From: Opitutaceae bacterium
GTDB taxonomy: Bacteria; Verrucomicrobiota; Verrucomicrobiia; Opitutales; Coraliomargaritaceae
Reading direction: 5' to 3'
Length of the DNA: 64,000 bases
Assembly (NCBI GenBank): GCA_051252375.1
Contig: JBPOFY010000001.1
Location: 695,827 to 759,826 of the forward strand
Shown: piece after piece, positions 57,820 through 64,000 of the stretch
Numbering within the stretch: position 1 is the first letter of the stretch
Layout of the letters: each line of letters begins with the position of its first letter
Notes under the pieces: model-generated
The model's database searches: none
What the model saw: only the letters and a program-made list of their open reading frames with translations
What the model was told of the DNA's origin: nothing
Position numbers and translations under genes: made by a program

Positions 57820-59628
57820 TTAATCGCTGAGCTTGCTGAATCGTTTAACGACCCACTGCGCAGTGTAGTTAATGATGAGGGAGATGAAGAACAGGACGAT
57901 GCCGACCATGAAGAGTGCTCGGTAGTGGAGGCTGCCTTGCACCACTTCTCCCATCTCTTGGGCGATAATACCGGTCATGGTGTGAACGGGCTCGAAAAAG
58001 ACGCCTGCGCCTTCGGTGAAGTCGGGGATTTTGATGCGGTTACCCGCGCACAGGAGCACGACCATGGTTTCGCCAATCACGCGACCGAACCCAAGCATGA
58101 TTGCAGAGATGATGCCGGACAGGGCGGTTGGCACGATCACGCGCATGGTGGTTTGTAACCGGGTCGCGCCCATGGCGAGTGATGCTTCTTTAAAGTGGCG
58201 GGGGACGTTATTGATCGCATCTTCGGCCAGTGTGAAAATCGTGGGGATCGCCATCAAGGCAAGCAGGCAACCAGCGGTGAAAGCATTGAGGCGTTCTTGG
58301 ATCGGAAAAAATGGCACCCACTGAAATCCATCCAGCTGTGAGAACCAGCGAATGAATTCGCCAAAGACGACCACCCCGAAGAACCCTATCACGACCGAGG
58401 GAATCGCAGAGATGAATTCTACATAGGGTTTGATGAAATTGCGTTCAGCTGGACCTGCGATTTGATTGACGTAGATGGCTGCGCCGACACCGAACGGAAT
58501 CGCGAAAACCAATGCGATGGCTGAGATGAGGAGCGAGCCGGTGAGGAGTGGCATTAAGCCATACCAGTCTTGTTGATCGCTGGCGGTGATCCAGTCCTTG
58601 CCGGTAAGAAAGGCGCTGACGGCTTGAAGCACGGAAACCGGTGCGGATTGATCCCAGTTAGCCAACTTTGCTTTGTGTGTATCGATATTGGCGAAGAATT
58701 TTTGATTCAGCTTTTTGAAGGTGGCGATCCGTTCTTCGATCGCGGGGCTGTTGAATTGGACCGCATCAGCCGTGGCAACGACTTCAGCGAGCGAGACTTC
58801 AAGTGCGTCAAGGATCTCTGCGTAGCGCGCCTGTTCATCGATCACTCCATTGATCGTCGTATTGAAATCGACTGGCTTGATGGTCGCTTCGATTTTTTCT
58901 GCTTCTAGACTGAGAAGCATGGCAAAGGTCTCGCGATCTGCTTGGTCGAGTTCCTTTTCGGGAGTGATTGCATCTGCCTCTTTGAGGAACTTCTGGGCTT
59001 CTTCGGAAGGGAGGGAGTTGTCGCGTGAATGATCGCGTAGGAGTAGCGCGTATTTTGCGCGGTCTTCTTTAGAGAAGTTATAGCTCGTTGATTGTATCTC
59101 TCCGATACGCTGAGTGTAATTTTCGACTGTTTCGCGGAGATTTTCGTTTGTGGTGTGCTGGTCGCGGATCTCGATGGCGACATCCATCTTAGTTTTGACG
59201 AATTTCTTGAGGTCGGACCCCGCCCGCATGTAGCCGAGGAAGAGCGCTTTGGCTTCGGGGGTGAAGATGGCTTTGGAGATTTCTGCTTGAGAGCTGCCTG
59301 AAGCTTTGAGCTCTTTGATCCAGTCTGACTTAACGTCATTCAGATAGCGTGTGAGCTCAGTATAGTCCTCCCGTTTCTCTTTGAGAATATCGACATATTC
59401 GAGGCCGGAGAGTCGATATTCCTCCAAGCTCTTATGGTAGAGCCCCATGAAGCCGGCACCTTCTTTAAACAGGAAAATAGTAATTAGGGCCAAAATCACG
59501 ATAGCGACCATGGCATTACTGCCGAAAAAGGTCTTAATGATGCTGTCGGAATCTTTACCTAAAAAAAGCGCCCGCCTTTTACTGAAAGCGGGTTTATTCG
59601 GGTCGATCTGTTTAGGAGAAGCTGCCAT
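57820..59628 (-). CDS. pstC: Phosphate ABC transporter permease PstC with a large periplasmic insertion
   Basis: [25 protein letters not shown]; 602 aa. Confidence 0.93.
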   Translation of the reverse strand: MAASPKQIDPNKPAFSKRRALFLGKDSDSIIKTFFGSNAMVAIVILALITIFLFKEGAGFMGLYHKSLEEYRLSGLEYVDILKEKREDYTELTRYLNDVKSDWIKELKASGSSQAEISKAIFTPEAKALFLGYMRAGSDLKKFVKTKMDVAIEIRDQHTTNENLRETVENYTQRIGEIQSTSYNFSKEDRAKYALLLRDHSRDNSLPSEEAQKFLKEADAITPEKELDQADRETFAMLLSLEAEKIEATIKPVDFNTTINGVIDEQARYAEILDALEVSLAEVVATADAVQFNSPAIEERIATFKKLNQKFFANIDTHKAKLANWDQSAPVSVLQAVSAFLTGKDWITASDQQDWYGLMPLLTGSLLISAIALVFAIPFGVGAAIYVNQIAGPAERNFIKPYVEFISAIPSVVIGFFGVVVFGEFIRWFSQLDGFQWVPFFPIQERLNAFTAGCLLALMAIPTIFTLAEDAINNVPRHFKEASLAMGATRLQTTMRVIVPTALSGIISAIMLGFGRVIGETMVVLLCAGNRIKIPDFTEGAGVFFEPVHTMTGIIAQEMGEVVQGSLHYRALFMVGIVLFFISLIINYTAQWVVKRFSKLSD

Positions 59629-59715
59629 GTTTAAAGTGCGAAATGTGGTATATCGGCTGCTATCTGCAATTCAAGCTTTTGGCTCATGTGCAAGAATTCG
59701 GAAGTTATTAGGTAT

Positions 59716-59750
59716 AAAAAGGGCCGTCGCTTTATGGGCAACGGCCCTTT
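59716..59750 (-). terminator. Intra-operon terminator or stabilising hairpin after pstS
   Basis: aaaaagggccgt...acggcccttt. Confidence 0.75.
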
Positions 59751-59773
59751 CGAGATAAAATCTAATAAATCGA

Positions 59774-60601
59774 CTAGTAGATCGAGAGGAAGTGCACGCG
59801 ATTGATGATCGCTTGGCCTTCTGGGCTCATTGTGTAGCCGATGAAGTCATTGGCGAGTGGTGTGAGCGCCTTGCCCTTGTTGATCAAGTAGTAGAGTGGG
59901 CGAGCGAGTGGATAGCCTGCTGCATCTGGAGCGGAACCTTCGACGGGAAGGACCTTTACACCTGGTGTGCCGATGTAAGCGAGGCCGACATAACCGATAC
60001 CATTTGGGTTTTTAGCGACTTCAGAAGCGATTTGCTCGTTACCAGCCATCTTTTGTGTGTCTGTGCCATAGTCGCGAGAGTTCATCGCAAGTTGTTGGAA
60101 CACAGCATATGTGCCGGAAGAAGTGTTACGAGTGTAAGCAGAGATGTCGCCGGTTGTGGCAGAGATGCCAGACCAGTCAGTGACGTCGCCTGTGAAGATG
60201 AGCTCGATTTCTTCGAGTGTGATGCTCTCCAGTGGGCTCGCTTCGTTGACGATGATTGCGATGCCATCTTTAGCGACGGTGATGGTCTTCATGTCGATGC
60301 CATTGGCTTTGGCCTTGGCAACTTCCTTATCCTTAGGGTCACGAGAGGACATGCCGATTTCAGCAGTGCCGTCGATGACAGAGGCAACACCAGTTGAAGA
60401 ACCTTCAGCGGCGATTTCGAAAGCAACCTCGACGCCTTGCTTCGCCATTTTGGCTTTAAAAGCTTCAGCGATTTGAGGCACCATTTTCGCGCCAAGTGTA
60501 TCGGAGCCTTTAATGACGATGGTTTCGGTGGCGCTTGCTTGAGAAGCAAATGCCAATGCTGCGACTGCAGTCAATGTGCGGAGAATAGATTTTGTGTTCA
60601 T
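59774..60601 (-). CDS. pstS: Phosphate-binding periplasmic protein
   Basis: Signal peptide; [30 protein letters not shown]. Confidence 0.94.
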   Translation of the reverse strand: MNTKSILRTLTAVAALAFASQASATETIVIKGSDTLGAKMVPQIAEAFKAKMAKQGVEVAFEIAAEGSSTGVASVIDGTAEIGMSSRDPKDKEVAKAKANGIDMKTITVAKDGIAIIVNEASPLESITLEEIELIFTGDVTDWSGISATTGDISAYTRNTSSGTYAVFQQLAMNSRDYGTDTQKMAGNEQIASEVAKNPNGIGYVGLAYIGTPGVKVLPVEGSAPDAAGYPLARPLYYLINKGKALTPLANDFIGYTMSPEGQAIINRVHFLSIY

Positions 60602-60707
60602 AGGTATGTTTAATTGAGATTCTTGATTGTATTTAGATTGTGAGGGTATGTGTGCCTCAACGATTTCAAAGAATACCTGCTGTTTGTTTCGAGATGATGT
60701 CTTTTAT

Positions 60708-60725
60708 GTTACAGGAGTGTTAAGA
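60708..60725 (-). promoter_or_regulatory. Pho-box-like direct repeat upstream of pstS
   Basis: Minus strand TCTTAAC-actc-CTGTAAC, 11-bp period. Confidence 0.55.
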
Positions 60726-60902
60726 AGTCGTTTTTTGGTTTAAACTGCGCTCTGTGCCGGAGACCCCATCTTCTGTGTATTTAGATGTGCTGCGGTTGTT
60801 TCTCTATGCTTCGGGCAGCTTAACTAGAGGTGCTTCGACCGCTTTATTATCATTCGGCGAGTGGATCGACTTTTTGTGCAGAATGAATTCAGCGACGGCA
60901 TA

Positions 60903-60958
60903 AGTTCACTCATCTGTAACATAACAGCGACGATTCTGTAACAGAGGGCGTGTAGTTT
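60903..60958 (+). promoter_or_regulatory. Pho-box-like array and -10 element upstream of the porin
   Basis: CTGTAAC at 60914 and 60936 (22 bp apart), weaker units at 60903 and 60925, then TAGTTT at 60953. Confidence 0.6.
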
Positions 60959-60997
60959 AGTGGAGTTGTTCCGCAACAATCTTACAAATAACAAACA

Positions 60998-62194
60998 ATG
61001 AAATTAAATAAACTCACACAACTCACTGCAGTTTCGATCGCACTTTTTGGTGCATCGTCATTCGCAGCCTCTAACGACGCACTTCTCGAACTTTTGGTGA
61101 AGAAGGGTGTTTTATCTGAAACAGAAGCAACTGCGGTTGCTGCTGAACTTAAAGAAGAGAACAAGGGTGTTTCTTTCTCCGCTAAGGGCAAAGAAACCGT
61201 AAAGCTTCGCTTCAATGGTCGTATGCAAGCACAGTATGACGCTCTGTCTGGTGAAGATAATGGCGTGGATAATCCTTCTACTAACCACTTCTACTTCCGT
61301 CGTCTTTTCTTGGGTGCGAAAGCAAACCTTGCAAATGGTGTCTACGCTGAAACCGTTTTGGATTTCGCACGCGATGGTGATGGTGGCGATAATTACGGCG
61401 TCAACTTCGATAAAGCTTCATTCGGTTATAAATTCGATGAAAAATTGGATGCGCAGCTTGGTTTCCAGAAGGTGCCATTTGGTTTTGAAGAAACTACTTC
61501 TTCGTCATCCCTTCAGACTATAGAGCGTTCCGCGGTGAACCGTTTCTTCGCGGATGATATTGACTTTTCCTCCCGCCACATGGGCCTCCATGCTCAAGGT
61601 GATCTTGCAGGTGGATTTAGCTACGCAGTCGCTCTGGTTAACTCTGCTCAGGGTGAAGGTTCGCGTTTGCTCGGTGATTCAAACACTAGCAATGATATGG
61701 CATTCTTTGGTCGCGCACAATGGGAGTCCAATGGTTTCACTGTTGGTGTTGATGGCGGTTCTCAGTCCAATAACAGTGTTGTTGGTGGTAGTGATGTGAC
61801 CGCGTTTACCGGTTATGTTAATTACAAGTTTGAAGGTTTAAACCTACTTGCTGAGTATTTCACTGCTGATATGGATGCTGCTGAGGATGCTGAAGGCTAT
61901 TCGCTACGCGCTTCGTATAAGTTCGGTAAAATTGAGCCAGTTGTGCGCTTTGCGCATCTTGAGACTGACAGTTTCGTCATCGATACTGATGAACTCATCC
62001 GCCGTGCTCCTTTGGGAGGTTCAGTTACTGGAACTAATAATGAAATCGATTCCTTTTACTTGGGCGTGAATTATTACTATAGCCCAGCTGTTACTTTCTT
62101 GGCTGGTTACGAGAATGCAAAAGCTGAAAATGGTGCAGGCACTGATGAAGCTAAAGTCGATGGCTTCCGTGCACGTGTTCAAGTTCTTTGGTAG
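60998..62194 (+). CDS. Outer-membrane porin, OprO/OprP-like (likely phosphate-selective)
   Basis: Signal peptide; F.FRR.FLG, Q.KVPFG.EE and IERS motifs; beta strands, terminal Trp; divergent from pstS. Confidence 0.8.
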   Translation: MKLNKLTQLTAVSIALFGASSFAASNDALLELLVKKGVLSETEATAVAAELKEENKGVSFSAKGKETVKLRFNGRMQAQYDALSGEDNGVDNPSTNHFYFRRLFLGAKANLANGVYAETVLDFARDGDGGDNYGVNFDKASFGYKFDEKLDAQLGFQKVPFGFEETTSSSSLQTIERSAVNRFFADDIDFSSRHMGLHAQGDLAGGFSYAVALVNSAQGEGSRLLGDSNTSNDMAFFGRAQWESNGFTVGVDGGSQSNNSVVGGSDVTAFTGYVNYKFEGLNLLAEYFTADMDAAEDAEGYSLRASYKFGKIEPVVRFAHLETDSFVIDTDELIRRAPLGGSVTGTNNEIDSFYLGVNYYYSPAVTFLAGYENAKAENGAGTDEAKVDGFRARVQVLW

Positions 62195-62225
62195 AACTTA
62201 GAACTATTTACATAGTTTAGTTTTG

Positions 62226-62262
62226 AAAGCCCGGGGTGCGTTTACGTGCTCCGGGCTTCTTT
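62226..62262 (+). terminator. Terminator after the porin
   Basis: aaagcccggggtgcg-ttta-cgtgctccgggcttcttt. Confidence 0.7.
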
Positions 62263-62313
62263 GTGCCTTGTTGAGCTGTGTCTCATGGGAAAGAAGTCGC
62301 TTGAACTTACCGC

Positions 62314-62342
62314 TTGCGCTAAAGAGAAGTTTGGGGCACCTT
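62314..62342 (+). promoter_or_regulatory. Putative rnpB promoter
   Basis: TTGCGC-N17-CACCTT ending 6 nt before the 5' strand of P1. Confidence 0.5.
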
Positions 62343-62348
62343 CCCCGC

Positions 62349-62742
<394 letters not shown>

Positions 62743-62755
62743 ACCTCTTTTTGAT

Positions 62756-62900
62756 CAGAAGACAGGAGTCAGAAGACCGGAGTCAGAATGCAGAAGTCAG
62801 GAGCCCGGATTTTATGTAGAATCTACTCATGAGTTTGAAATTGCGAAAGCAGTGGAAATGATACGCCTCCTGTCTCCAGCCTTCTAACTTCTACCTCCTA
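62756..62900. repeat. Inverted pair of 7-bp tandem arrays
   Basis: Eight units of CAG(A/G)AGN type (62756-62811) and five reverse-complement units (62866-62900). Confidence 0.75.
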
Positions 62901-62951
62901 TTTATAGGTTGAACGTCAGCAGCCTTCCCGTTTCACTATGATCCTATAAAC

Positions 62952-64000
<1,049 letters not shown>

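Overview
Mostly core-genome window from a bacterium that looks like Verrucomicrobiota/Opitutae (PVC group). That placement is inferred from gene content and protein style, not from a marker search. The window holds the str-S10-spc-alpha ribosomal cluster (27.6-46.2 kb), which lacks tuf, rpmD, adk, infA and rpmJ and has a signal-peptide protein inserted between rpsS and rplV. It also carries a second stand-alone EF-G, rpmH-rnpA-yidD-yidC, topB, lpxK, serC, aldA, glyQS, lysC/thrC, an oleC-oleD pair, a pstSCAB-phoU operon divergent from a porin with Pho-box-like repeats, and RNase P RNA. I found no CRISPR array, tRNA, rRNA or transposase. The most interesting candidates are: a histone-H1-like PAKKA-repeat protein fused to a CBM20-like domain just after phoU, the exported-protein gene inside the S10 operon, a hybrid kinase with a degenerate ATPase domain, SecY with an extra C-terminal TM helix, PstC/PstA with large periplasmic inserts, and dispersed 7-bp repeat arrays. 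All product calls come from motif recognition by eye; no database search was run.
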